From NCBI GenBank assembly GCA_030765185.1, contig JAVCDE010000024.1, positions 42,975 to 106,974 on the forward strand: DNA of 64,000 bases, in the 5' to 3' direction. The position numbers and the translations under genes were made by a program. Each line of letters begins with the position of its first letter. Position 1 is the first letter of the stretch. This document shows positions 41,801-50,547 of this stretch, piece after piece. The notes under the pieces are model-generated. The model saw only the letters and a list, made by a program, of their open reading frames with translations. It did no database searches and was not told the origin of the DNA. The DNA comes from Candidatus Aceula meridiana. Lineage in GTDB: Bacteria; Omnitrophota; Gorgyraeia; Zapsychrales; Aceulaceae.

Positions 41801-43261
41801 GTAAATCTTGACTCCATTTTTTAAAGTTATCCCAATTTTATTATTACCGTATTCTTCGATTAAAATATCGCCCTCAAGAAGAGGAAATCCTTTTTGTGTG
41901 TAAAACGTTGAGTAAACTTTCCCAATAAGCCCTGACGGAATCTCTCCTGCTAATCCATCTTTTTCTATAAAAAAGTCATTACCAGAGATCTTATCTTTGT
42001 CAGTCATCACCTCAATATTCAGATTTGAATTCACAGCTTGACCTCTAGAAAGAAATTGTGTAATTTCAGATTTAATAAACGAAAATCGGTTTTTAGCAGC
42101 TGATGAAATAGCATCACCTTGCTGTTCATGGCTTAGCGCATCAACCTCTGTATAGTCAGAATTTTCAGATATGTCCATGTTAAAACCACCAGAGAAATAT
42201 TTTCTTGGAGTGTTTCTTTGCGTGTACCCATCATGCTCAACCCTAATTATGTCACAGACGCCCTTTTTAAAGGCCTCGAGATATCGGTTATAAATTTTCT
42301 TTGAAATTTCTCTATCCTCAACGTCCACCCCTTTAACTTTACTTTTATCCGCATAAACTTGGTTTAAAATTGTTTCCTTGAGATTTTTCTTAAACCAATA
42401 TGCCAAAATCAAGGAAGAATAAATTTGGCGCAAAGGGGCAAAATTCTTTCCCTCGTTAATTTCACGCTCAAGCTCAGGAATAATAATTTCACGCATAACG
42501 GAAGTAGCGGTATCTGAAGGATTGGAAACGTCTTCTGTAAATCTTGAAGTATTCAAATTTTTCCCTATGATACGGTTCGCTGCTCGTTGTTCATTGCTTG
42601 CTAGATAATCCTGCTCTAACATAACGCGCAATGATGACTCTACGACAAACGCACGGTCGCCATTCTCATAAACAACAGCTTTTTGCGGCACGATCCAAAC
42701 CTTATGAAAAGTATCAACGGGTATATCTGTAATACCATATTGTTCGTAGACTTTTTTATAAATCGTATCCCAAAATTTCTTACCTAATTCATCTTCAGGG
42801 GATATTAAAGAAGCTGTGACCTGCTTTAAGAGGTAGTCTTGCGCAAGCATATCCCGACCCATTTCTGTAGATCCAAAATTATTAGGAATAATAAGGTCTT
42901 TTTCATAGGGTGAAAGATTGACCCATAAATTATTTTCGGGAATAGTTAAAGAGGCCAAAAAATATTTGATAAGTTTTTCGCTTTCGGGCTTTAGCTCCTT
43001 ACCCGTAAGCCCCGTATCTCCAGAATCTAAAATAAAATCAAATTTAAGAGGGTTGTTGGGGTAGATTTTGATACCGCGTAATATGGCGGGTGCAAAACCT
43101 GGGCTTAAGGGGACCATTACACCCGGGCTTGGCAATCCCAACAACCCCGTATTCGCAAAGGCAGACGGCGGGACTACAGTTGTCCCCATGAAAACCATAA
43201 GGACAAAGAATACCCCTACTTTAAAAAATGTACTCTTTTTTATAATTTTATAAGTAAGCAT
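38858..43261 (-). CDS. Large exported multidomain protein (Omnitrophota-type termini; internal TPR, SAM-methyltransferase and ParB-like modules)
   Basis: 1467-aa uninterrupted ORF; signal peptide ending AFA; KYFLASL..P..LWVNLSPYE..GRDMLAQDY.LKQ..ASL..RKYFSGG N-domain; PGGIDF..GFVPVIINI C-terminus. Confidence 0.85.
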   Translation of the reverse strand: MLTYKIIKKSTFFKVGVFFVLMVFMGTTVVPPSAFANTGLLGLPSPGVMVPLSPGFAPAILRGIKIYPNNPLKFDFILDSGDTGLTGKELKPESEKLIKYFLASLTIPENNLWVNLSPYEKDLIIPNNFGSTEMGRDMLAQDYLLKQVTASLISPEDELGKKFWDTIYKKVYEQYGITDIPVDTFHKVWIVPQKAVVYENGDRAFVVESSLRVMLEQDYLASNEQRAANRIIGKNLNTSRFTEDVSNPSDTATSVMREIIIPELEREINEGKNFAPLRQIYSSLILAYWFKKNLKETILNQVYADKSKVKGVDVEDREISKKIYNRYLEAFKKGVCDIIRVEHDGYTQRNTPRKYFSGGFNMDISENSDYTEVDALSHEQQGDAISSAAKNRFSFIKSEITQFLSRGQAVNSNLNIEVMTDKDKISGNDFFIEKDGLAGEIPSGLIGKVYSTFYTQKGFPLLEGDILIEEYGNNKIGITLKNGVKIYDKEGIGINFIEFGDKVSDIAKKIYVRDIKDNIKIRKLTGMDLEIATAIARYSERQDIYLLKENSYNIKGLHNIEKNRVYLDQNILSSIGFFHESGEGFLRTKEGKKFAKILKEKGISIHRYLRGAGSDERKKFSVTFYQGLQDKVFGSVPNQIFTNIVRGISSLEEGKEIFNLKGRKGKEDDEEDSIDFKVSRKNKRILEDIKALRNKLDKASPHGVRSRITFEIAEKYFDMKKYEKSISLARRAIAIGMAPGHDSMPVSLVIRMQDFIRMSERILKEEAELLRKNFPFSIPNANDIFAIRRTFDLIEDGKKTKLFSYFYEIGKKLLSKDVLAANLKEYLSEEQKFFLNEMYVDLEHVVVTLEDEVYIPFRFGCAIRISLEEKDGDRETAINNFEREPYALVAMLFEDFLDIFRKNNPNVKVVLDFGAGEGEKTSSFYDYEYGEKGAYIIANDIQGDLIREGLKKNSGITFIKQNLGETSFYAGGNYDQPEEVLFDHITFLSLSETSDYDERNILDYINRCRWSLSKGGKIDVITDNKKVVEILKQWDFREKEDSRGKRYDYIVDIPLEEKDYYQVLNNINTDFTWKNLRNAVGSLLKNDLKDEYPKLVKESVDLEFPLKNIYFEQDFNLNFYQINIVRIKAFIREKLGLPAPPVLLLKLGKDNEAYILRGRHKVYMEAKRGRDAVPAFIIDLGSDQLKFENYPKIRDLYLRYSLGNPNIVNSTEGETHSPKIIYGGRDTGSATAYDYAWTRYAEVLNKEKETERSSKDSLESLAKDLEDFILELVRSFNLSEVREMLEGRGDILTRLKKESRGNRDVELLSSIRRDKIGTDIVLISPESFRAIRDAIGLGMRGMETIDFPSEGFSIAIEKHTSISGGNSPTKPKSSIDGRAGSPSIQKPGGIDFDADGFEVETKGEGVAFNIPEIDAATLSQAEGFVPVIINIIPITNFNMLMGLNEGEGAEDEALSLTRLGEATVRKQ

Positions 43262-43398
43262 ACTTGCACCCTTTATACTAATATTTCTATTATTATTTCG
43301 CGTATCAAAATCTATTATAAATATATACTATTTTAGAGGGAAATCAAGGTCAGGAGGGATTTTGAGAAAAAAATACTTGCATCAGAATTATCTGTAAA

Positions 43399-43436
43399 AT
43401 TAAGGGCAGCTTGCACTTACGCAAGCTGCCCTTAAT
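43399..43436 (-). terminator. Rho-independent terminator closing the Rrf2/Fe-S operon
   Basis: Perfect 16-bp stem ATTAAGGGCAGCTTGC / GCAAGCTGCCCTTAAT, 6-nt loop, T run on minus strand. Confidence 0.8.
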
Positions 43437-43458
43437 ACCTAAAAAAAATCTTACTTAA

Positions 43459-43710
43459 TTATGCCTTAGCTAGTTTATTGTACAGCCACGCTAGCGCAAC
43501 ACCCCCGATTCCTGCATCGGCAAAGCCCCAAGCGGCCCCAATCAAGCTTCCTAAAATAGTTGGTTTATATCCTATATACAAACTTGCCATCATTTTACTA
43601 AGCTCCGAACCCCATCCACAGAAAATATTAATAATTCCTAAAATAAGCATTACCGCTGCCCACAAAATACCGCAAGCTAACCCAAAAGCTTTAACATCTA
43701 ACTTTGCCAT
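43459..43710 (-). CDS. Small membrane protein of the family often labelled 'bacteriophage holin'
   Basis: KLDVKAFGLA.G.LW, Y.GY.PT..G.LIG..WGF.D...G...AWLYN pattern; AAGGAGG RBS. Confidence 0.65.
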   Translation of the reverse strand: MAKLDVKAFGLACGILWAAVMLILGIINIFCGWGSELSKMMASLYIGYKPTILGSLIGAAWGFADAGIGGVALAWLYNKLAKA

Positions 43711-43808
43711 AATCCCCTCCTTTAATGAAGACGTAACTTACACAACCGCAAAAGAGCGCTAAGTTACGTGTCTGAATTAATCCGTACCTTTCAGTATCAG
43801 GATATCCC

Positions 43809-44411
43809 TTAGTTTTTCCCTTTATTCTCAAAATGAACAAAATCAATTAAGAAAACGCTACCCAAAACAAGAGCTTTTTGTTTTATGTCGAACATCGATG
43901 GAAATTCAACGGTAAAATTATCCGCATCCGTCATCGCCTCTTTTAAAATACCACTCCATCGCTTGACAATCTTTCCAACTCTCTCAGAATTCTTTTCGAT
44001 ATAAAATGTCCAAGGATGAATCCAAGGACCAATAATCTGAAAAGTCTCATCTCCGTTAGAATCGCATACAACATAAACACGCTTTAACAAACAAAACTTA
44101 CGCTGAATTCTACCAACCATATAGTGATTAGAATCCATGATAAGCATGCTTGAAAAAAAGAAACGAAAAGGTCTCTTTAGGAAAAGAACATTCTGCTGCG
44201 CGTCATTGGCAATAATCATGTCAAAAGGACGCATTGCCCGTAAAAAAATCCGCAAAAGAAAATTGCCGCCTACTTCGGCGGCATAAAAAAGAGTCCTTCC
44301 CATATCATCTTCGACTTCATAGCGGTTCTTTGTTTCAATCCCACTTAAAATCTCGCCCCACTCTTTTCTCTGACGAACAACCAAAGACTCGATACCTTGA
44401 AGTTGCTCCAT
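43809..44411 (-). CDS. Phospholipid scramblase-family (tubby C-terminal-like) protein
   Basis: ET.NRYEV, RPF, G.I.K.WSG..KE..TDADNF.VEFP, KALVLG..FLIDF.HFE. Confidence 0.85.
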   Translation of the reverse strand: MEQLQGIESLVVRQRKEWGEILSGIETKNRYEVEDDMGRTLFYAAEVGGNFLLRIFLRAMRPFDMIIANDAQQNVLFLKRPFRFFFSSMLIMDSNHYMVGRIQRKFCLLKRVYVVCDSNGDETFQIIGPWIHPWTFYIEKNSERVGKIVKRWSGILKEAMTDADNFTVEFPSMFDIKQKALVLGSVFLIDFVHFENKGKN

Positions 44412-44425
44412 AAAGCCCCCTTCTT

Positions 44426-45025
44426 TTAGTTAAAATGTTTCTGAATGTATCCGGCTAAAAGTTTTTCTGCTTCGTCCTTACATTCACCACAAACTGTGCC
44501 GAGCTTAGTGCGCTCCTGAAGCTCTAAATACGTCCGCGCCCCTTCTAAAACCGCATCCTCGATTTCGTGATCTGTAACATTCATACACTGACATATAATT
44601 TTGGCTTCTTCCTTTTTAATTTTGTCTGTCATGCCGCTCTTTTCATAATAATCATTAATCGCTGCCCGCAAGGCCTTATCTCCTAGAACAGAACAATGAA
44701 TCTTATGTTCCGGAAGGCTTCCAAGCTCTTTCATAATTTCTTTTGGTGTCACCGCAAAAGCTTGAGTCAAGGTCATACCTTTAATCATCTCAGATAACAC
44801 AGATGTGCTGGCTATTGCCGAAGCGCAGCCATAGGTCTTCCACCTGCAATCAGCGATAATATTCTTATCTTTGTCAACTTGAATAAGCATCATCATCTGG
44901 TCGCCACACTTAATATTTCCGACCATGCCTTCACCATCTGAGACAAACCCTTCATCCTCTTTGAAAATATTCTTCGGATGAACAAAATGCTCTTTAACTT
45001 TTTCTGTGTAAACCCAATCGTTCAT
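44426..45025 (-). CDS. nifU: Fe-S scaffold NifU/IscU fused to BFD-like [2Fe-2S] domain
   Basis: YTEKVKEHF.HPKN, CGD, GCASAIAS, KIHCS; C-terminal CQC...CGEC. Confidence 0.88.
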   Translation of the reverse strand: MNDWVYTEKVKEHFVHPKNIFKEDEGFVSDGEGMVGNIKCGDQMMMLIQVDKDKNIIADCRWKTYGCASAIASTSVLSEMIKGMTLTQAFAVTPKEIMKELGSLPEHKIHCSVLGDKALRAAINDYYEKSGMTDKIKKEEAKIICQCMNVTDHEIEDAVLEGARTYLELQERTKLGTVCGECKDEAEKLLAGYIQKHFN

Positions 45026-46203
45026 TATTTTTTATACGCAGTGGACATGCTGCGCACCTTATCAATAACTCGCGGTAAAACTTCTAAAACATAAGCGATA
45101 TCTTCTTTGGTCGTATCCCTACCTAAACTCATGCGCACCGAACCATGCGCAAGCTCCGCGCCAACTCCTGTTGCCAATAAAACATGTGACGGATCTAAAG
45201 ACCCCGACGCACAAGCAGACCCAGTTGATATAGCAATGCCTTCCATATCTAAATAAAGCAAGACTGCCTCTCCTTCAGCGCCCTTAAAAGAAACATTTAG
45301 CGTTCCAGCTAAACAATCATCAGGGTGACCATTCACTTGAATATCAAGAATTTTCTCTTCAATACCCTTTTTCAAAATTGCTTTAAGATCTTTCAGCCTC
45401 TTATCCTCTGTAACCATTTCTTTACGACGCATTTCAATAGCTTTGCTTAGCCCCATGATGCCTAGCGTATTTTCTGTTCCAGCGCGACGACCTTTTTCCT
45501 GATGCCCTCCTCGGATAAATGGGCAAAACGGAATACTTTTTTTTGTGTAAAGCGCGCCAATCCCTTTAGGACCATAAACTTTATGGGCTGAAAGCGTTAA
45601 AAAATCAACATCTAAAACTCTCACATCAATAGGAATTTTTCCAACAGCCTGAACCGCATCTGTATGAAAAAGTGCTCCAGCCTTATGTGCCATACCACAA
45701 ATTGTTTTAATGTCTTGAATAGTACCAATTTCATTATTCGCCATCATAACCGAAACTAAAGATGCGCCTTCGGCCAAAATATCTTGAAGTTGTTTCGTAT
45801 CAATTTTTCCATACTTATCAACATCAATAAAAACAACATCAATCCCGCGGTCACGCAAACACTTCGCGGTCTCAAAAACACACGGATGCTCAATCTTTGT
45901 CGTCACAATTCTTGTCGGCCCCTTTTTAAATGCGCAGCAATGCTTTGATGGACATGCCACCATATTTAATACAGTGTTATTTGCCTCAGAGCCGCTTCCC
46001 ACAAAAACAATTTCTTCCCCTGTTGCACCAATAAAAGAAGCAATATCTTCTCGCGCCTGCGTCACAAATTTCAAAGCCTTACGGCCAAACTCATGCAGAC
46101 TAGAAGGATTTCCAAAGCATTCCATAGCCTCAATTAAAACATTTTTAACTTCAGGATGAAGAGGCGTGGTAGCATTATGATCTAAATAAACTTTTTGACT
46201 CAT
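45025..46203 (-). CDS. nifS: Cysteine desulfurase (NifS/IscS)
   Basis: YLDHNATTP, NNEIGT, HTDAVQ, SAHKVYGPKG, STGSACASG. Confidence 0.95.
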   Translation of the reverse strand: MSQKVYLDHNATTPLHPEVKNVLIEAMECFGNPSSLHEFGRKALKFVTQAREDIASFIGATGEEIVFVGSGSEANNTVLNMVACPSKHCCAFKKGPTRIVTTKIEHPCVFETAKCLRDRGIDVVFIDVDKYGKIDTKQLQDILAEGASLVSVMMANNEIGTIQDIKTICGMAHKAGALFHTDAVQAVGKIPIDVRVLDVDFLTLSAHKVYGPKGIGALYTKKSIPFCPFIRGGHQEKGRRAGTENTLGIMGLSKAIEMRRKEMVTEDKRLKDLKAILKKGIEEKILDIQVNGHPDDCLAGTLNVSFKGAEGEAVLLYLDMEGIAISTGSACASGSLDPSHVLLATGVGAELAHGSVRMSLGRDTTKEDIAYVLEVLPRVIDKVRSMSTAYKK

Positions 46204-46205
46204 GA

Positions 46206-47135
46206 TTATTTCTTTGTTAACTGTGCTTCTCGACGAAACTTAAGCATATTATCAATAGGCGTTTTTGCCCGCGTTAAGATATCATCAGAAAGCTTAATTT
46301 CAAAAACCATATTTTCTAGGCTATTGAGCACCTTGCCTAAGGTCGTCTTTTTCATGTTCGGACAAACCGCTAAAGAACTGACCGGATAAAATTTCTTATC
46401 GGGAATTTCTGCCTTAAGAGCATGCTCCATGTCAATTTCTGTACCGACGATAAACTCGTTTGCTTTAGATTCTTTTGCATATTTAATCATTCCGGAAGTT
46501 GATAAGACTTCATCGGATAGATTGATAACAGGTGAACTGCATTCCGGATGCACCATAACCTTAGCATCAGGATACTTTTCTTTCATCGCAACAACATGTT
46601 CCGGCAAAATACGAGCATGCGTCGGGCAGTATCCCTGCCAGATGACAACATTACGATTTGTCTTAGATGCCGCATAAGATGCTAAATATTTATCCGGTAC
46701 AAAAATAATCTCATCTTTTTCTGTAAAAGCTTCTTCAAGCATCTGAATCGCATTAGCAGATGTACAACAATAATCGCACTCAGCCTTAACATCCGCAGAA
46801 GTATTCACATATGCCATAACCTTGGCATTAGGATGCTTGGCCTTAAGAGTCCGCAATTCATCCGCGGTAATCATGTCCGCCATTGGGCAACCAGCTGTTT
46901 CATCAGGAATAAGCACAGTCTTCTGCGGTGATAAAATCTTAGCAGTCTCAGCCATAAAATGAACACCACAAAAAACAATAACATCCGCCTCTGTCTTGGA
47001 GGCTTCAATACTTAAGCCTAAAGAATCTCCGGTAAAGTCTGCAATATCCTGCACCTCGCCTAGCTGATAATTGTGCACCAAAATAACAGCATTACGCTTT
47101 TTCTTTAACTCCTGAATTTGTTCTTGAATTGTCAT
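46206..47135 (-). CDS. nadA: Quinolinate synthase
   Basis: HNYQ, GDSL, CGVHFMAETAK, AGCPMAD, YVNTSA, HPEC, CPNMKK. Confidence 0.96.
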   Translation of the reverse strand: MTIQEQIQELKKKRNAVILVHNYQLGEVQDIADFTGDSLGLSIEASKTEADVIVFCGVHFMAETAKILSPQKTVLIPDETAGCPMADMITADELRTLKAKHPNAKVMAYVNTSADVKAECDYCCTSANAIQMLEEAFTEKDEIIFVPDKYLASYAASKTNRNVVIWQGYCPTHARILPEHVVAMKEKYPDAKVMVHPECSSPVINLSDEVLSTSGMIKYAKESKANEFIVGTEIDMEHALKAEIPDKKFYPVSSLAVCPNMKKTTLGKVLNSLENMVFEIKLSDDILTRAKTPIDNMLKFRREAQLTKK

Positions 47136-47136
47136 C

Positions 47137-47964
47137 TTAGATAATCTTTCCTCCAATTGAAATATTGTATTCTTTTATAATAGTATTTTTTTCTGATTTG
47201 GCAAGAGCTTCTTCAACAAACCTAAGCGTTCCCGAGCAACACGGCACTTCCATATGAACAACGGTAACGGACTTGATAGTATTATGCTTAAAAATCTCTG
47301 CCATCTTCTCTATATAAGCTTCATTAGAATTATCCAACTTCGGACAAAAAATGATTAACTTCTTTCCTTTCAAGAATCTTGCATGAAAATTAGAAAAAGC
47401 AAATGGAACACAGTCCGCAGCAACCACAAGCTCAGCATCTTTAAAATAAGGCGCATAAGGATTAAGTAAGTGCAGCTGAACTGGCCACTGGCCAAGCTCA
47501 GATTCCACAGAAACCTCTGCACTTGCTCCCGATGATTTTCCCTGACTTAAATCCCGTGCCATCGACCCTGGACATCCTCCACCGCCATGATAATGAGGAA
47601 CCTTAGGCCTATCAGGAGAAACCTCAACTCCCTTTTCTTTTAATATTGCCAAAGCCTGAGTTAAATACTCTGTCTGATTGTGATCTTTAAGATGCGAAAG
47701 ATGCGCTTTAATGACATTCTCACCTTGGGGAATGATATTATCTAAAACCTTGGACTCATCATAGGGTTGTGCCTCTCTCTCCTCGATAGAAATAGCATCA
47801 ACCGGACACTCGCCGATACAGGCGCCAAGACCATCACAATAAAGCTCACCAACAAGCTTTGCCTTTCCATCAATCATTTTGATAGCTCCCTCGGGACATC
47901 CTTGAGCACAGAGCCCACACCCATTACATTTTTCATCATCAATTTTAATAATTTTTCTCTTCAT
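47137..47964 (-). CDS. 4Fe-4S dicluster Fe-S-binding protein
   Basis: CNGCGLC...CPEG and CDGLGACIGECP; QWPVQL, AADC, CPKLD, MEVPCC. Confidence 0.85.
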   Translation of the reverse strand: MKRKIIKIDDEKCNGCGLCAQGCPEGAIKMIDGKAKLVGELYCDGLGACIGECPVDAISIEEREAQPYDESKVLDNIIPQGENVIKAHLSHLKDHNQTEYLTQALAILKEKGVEVSPDRPKVPHYHGGGGCPGSMARDLSQGKSSGASAEVSVESELGQWPVQLHLLNPYAPYFKDAELVVAADCVPFAFSNFHARFLKGKKLIIFCPKLDNSNEAYIEKMAEIFKHNTIKSVTVVHMEVPCCSGTLRFVEEALAKSEKNTIIKEYNISIGGKII

Positions 47965-47965
47965 T

Positions 47966-48370
47966 CTAATTCTCCCTCATAAGTTTCTGAATCGTTAATG
48001 TTTTAAGTTCGCGAACAACTTTTTGCTCAATTTTATATACGTGTTTTCTAATTGAACAAGTTTTAACATTAGCGCAAAGTTTATCACGAACAAAACAATT
48101 TAAAAAAGAAAAATTTCCCTGAAAAATCTTCATCAAATCCATTAGAAAAATATCTTTTGGCTCTTTGACAAGAGTAAATCCTCCCCTATTTCCTTTTTGA
48201 GAAATAAGAATCCCCTCTCTTTGAAGCCGCTGCAAAACTTTTCTTAAAATCGGCCGAGGAACTCCTAACTCTTTATCAAGTTCAGATGAAGATACAACAC
48301 GTCCTTTTTGTTTAGCCAAAAATAATAAGGCCCTTGCTGCATAATCTGTTTCCTTGGTAATCAAACTCAT
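47966..48370 (-). CDS. Rrf2-family transcriptional regulator with three Cys
   Basis: TDYAARAL, winged helix S.KG..GGF.L, C..C..C cluster near C-terminus. Confidence 0.9.
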   Translation of the reverse strand: MSLITKETDYAARALLFLAKQKGRVVSSSELDKELGVPRPILRKVLQRLQREGILISQKGNRGGFTLVKEPKDIFLMDLMKIFQGNFSFLNCFVRDKLCANVKTCSIRKHVYKIEQKVVRELKTLTIQKLMREN

Positions 48371-48375
48371 AAATG

Positions 48376-48404
48376 AATGATACTATATTAGTATCATTTG
48401 TCAA
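48376..48404 (-). promoter_or_regulatory. Promoter with overlapping palindromic operator (probable Rrf2 site)
   Basis: TTGACA-16 nt-TATCAT; perfect inverted repeat AATGATACTA-tat-TAGTATCATT at 48376-48398. Confidence 0.75.
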
Positions 48405-48494
48405 CCCTTTTTCCTCATGAAAAACTAATCTCTTGGTATGCTTATGTCGGGTAGATTAACAGAACTTTAATGCAGGGTGTGTCGGGGTAGCACC

Positions 48495-48536
48495 AAAAAC
48501 AAGGCGCTTGCATTATAAAGAATGCAAGAGCCTTGT
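48495..48536 (-). terminator. Rho-independent terminator after the pilin-region genes
   Basis: ACAAGGCGCTTGCATT / AATGCAAGAGCCTTGT stem with one mismatch, T run on minus strand. Confidence 0.7.
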
Positions 48537-48569
48537 GTGAATGTATCAACTAAAAAAGAACCCTCTTTT

Positions 48570-49184
48570 TTAACGCCTCATTGTATATAAGAATGCCCCC
48601 AAAGGCGCTGCCCAGGCATCAGTCACCTTCGAAAAAGCCTTGATGTCCTTCGGAGTTGAGAAAGGTTGGTCAGTGACAAAAAGAATTTCTTTTTTATCAC
48701 GGAAAGTTAAAATAGCCTGCTTTGTTTTTGAATCAAGAAGGCTCCCCTCTATCACCACCATAGTCATTGGGCTCTCTTGGTCATCTTTACTCTCAATAAC
48801 TCCTGAAACTTTTATATTAAGAATTAAGGCATTACGATTTTTAAAATCTGCTGGAGCAATATCGTCTTGGCTTAACGGAATAACCCCTTCAAGTTCATTA
48901 CTATAACTTTCAAAGACAGTCATTGCCACGCTCTGCATTACCGTCTGATCAAAATTCTCTTCTCTTGCGCCCCCTTCTTCTCCATCAGAATAAAAGACAC
49001 TCATCTTAAAACCTCGAAGATCGATATTAAAAATATATAGCTCGTCAAAAGACTTAAAATCAGAATCAGGCGCCACCCAAGACTCTTCTATACCAACAAG
49101 CGGCAAATCCTTGGCAAAGCCTTCACTTGAACACAAGCAAAAACAAATAAGAAAAGAAATAAAAGAAAAAATAATTTTCTTCAT
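48570..49184 (-). CDS. Exported hypothetical protein
   Basis: Signal peptide; C-terminal E..LLDSKT...I..F.D pattern reminiscent of DUF3313/DUF4410. Confidence 0.65.
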   Translation of the reverse strand: MKKIIFSFISFLICFCLCSSEGFAKDLPLVGIEESWVAPDSDFKSFDELYIFNIDLRGFKMSVFYSDGEEGGAREENFDQTVMQSVAMTVFESYSNELEGVIPLSQDDIAPADFKNRNALILNIKVSGVIESKDDQESPMTMVVIEGSLLDSKTKQAILTFRDKKEILFVTDQPFSTPKDIKAFSKVTDAWAAPLGAFLYTMRR

Positions 49185-49192
49185 AATTTTTA

Positions 49193-49906
49193 TTATGGAT
49201 TAATAACTTGAAAAGTGCTCATATTAACTTCGTTGTTTGGACGGATACGCTGATAATACCATTTGTCGTCTGATGCAGAATAAATCAATTTCTTGTTTCC
49301 AGAAACTGTAATCGTCGATCCAGAGGCTCTATCGACAGTAAGGCTATATCCAGAATCCGGTTTAATTAAAAGCGTCCCACTCTTGGGGCGATAGATAATA
49401 CCATTAATGCCATCTGCCCACTCATCAACATCAAGACCTAAATCCCGCAAAGCATTTTTCCAACCATTACGAGGATAATTCCCGTTCGTAGCATAATAAG
49501 CATTAATAAAATCAATGAATCCTTGAGAAATTTCAGTAAACGTAGATCCTAAGCTCGTTAAAGCCTCAGCTCCCGTATGGATAGAACACCCTAAAATACT
49601 TTGATAGCTTGGGCTGTTCGCTGGATAAGGAATCCAGGCATAAACCCCCTTATTCGGACACTCTGGAAGACTAAGCAAATAACCACTGTCAACCAGATCA
49701 GAAAGCCCGATTGAATGAACTCCCTTATCTCCAAAATAAAAAAGCTCAGCTTCTTGAATCTGGCGTCTAGCCTGTGTACATGCAGCGTCTTCAGCTGTCT
49801 GACGGTTACGAACCACTGCCTGGATGGCCACATTCGCTGCTAAAAGCGATATGACCATCAAGACAACCATCAACTCAACTAATGTAAAACCTTTTTTTAA
49901 ATTCAT
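49193..49906 (-). CDS. Type IV prepilin/pseudopilin-like protein
   Basis: MNLKKG/FTLVELMVV class III signal (G-1, F+1, E+5); CP..G.Y...C..H; start trimmed to ATG 49906. Confidence 0.85.
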   Translation of the reverse strand: MNLKKGFTLVELMVVLMVISLLAANVAIQAVVRNRQTAEDAACTQARRQIQEAELFYFGDKGVHSIGLSDLVDSGYLLSLPECPNKGVYAWIPYPANSPSYQSILGCSIHTGAEALTSLGSTFTEISQGFIDFINAYYATNGNYPRNGWKNALRDLGLDVDEWADGINGIIYRPKSGTLLIKPDSGYSLTVDRASGSTITVSGNKKLIYSASDDKWYYQRIRPNNEVNMSTFQVINP

Positions 49907-49913
49907 ATTCTCT

Positions 49914-50462
49914 TTAACCAACAACACCCATACTTGCTGCAGGAGCAATAACAAGCATCGAAATAATAGTAATAACAACTGCTTGGATAACCCACCCAAT
50001 TAAACAAACACCTACGGCACGAATCGTGCTCGTGTAATCAAGGGCTTGACGCACAGCTATAACCATAGCACCCAGCATCCAAAGTCCAGCAATTGTAAAA
50101 ATTATCGGTGCAAAACCAGGGATAATTCCAAAAATACGTAAAACCCCAGGAGCGCTTGCAAAACCAAGAGTGCGTAAAAGTTGTCCTACGTCAGCTTTTG
50201 TCTCTGGCTCCGGCAATATTTTTGTCCCAATAAAAAATACTAAATAAGCCCAAACAAACCATCCAACCAAAGCAGCAACAAGGCCAATAATAACTCCGCC
50301 TATGCCTGCAATAGCAATATTTCCAATGCCAGCTGCCAAACTCGCAAGAAGAACAACGAGCATTGACTCTTGCAGTAGGCTTTTATCCGCTTCGACCTCT
50401 TCGTAAAGAGTCTTGTCAAACTTAGCTGCACGCAGCATTCTTTCAAGAAACTTCGGTAACAT
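49914..50462 (-). CDS. YIP1-family membrane protein
   Basis: YEEVEAD, LLRTLGFASAPG, AVRQALDY; about 5 TM; AAGGAGG RBS. Confidence 0.8.
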   Translation of the reverse strand: MLPKFLERMLRAAKFDKTLYEEVEADKSLLQESMLVVLLASLAAGIGNIAIAGIGGVIIGLVAALVGWFVWAYLVFFIGTKILPEPETKADVGQLLRTLGFASAPGVLRIFGIIPGFAPIIFTIAGLWMLGAMVIAVRQALDYTSTIRAVGVCLIGWVIQAVVITIISMLVIAPAASMGVVG

Positions 50463-50547
50463 CCTTATCCTCCTTGTTAAGGTTGGTAATCAACTTTTTA
50501 TATTATAACAAATTTCTTAGAAATAGATAATGTCTCTGAAGAAAGTT

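Noticed and set aside
43459-43710. Prophage lysis module
   Set aside because: No endolysin or other phage genes nearby; the holin label is a family name only
49907-49999. N-terminal extension of the pilin ORF in the track
   Set aside because: It overlaps the YIP1 gene; the class III signal indicates a start at ATG 49906
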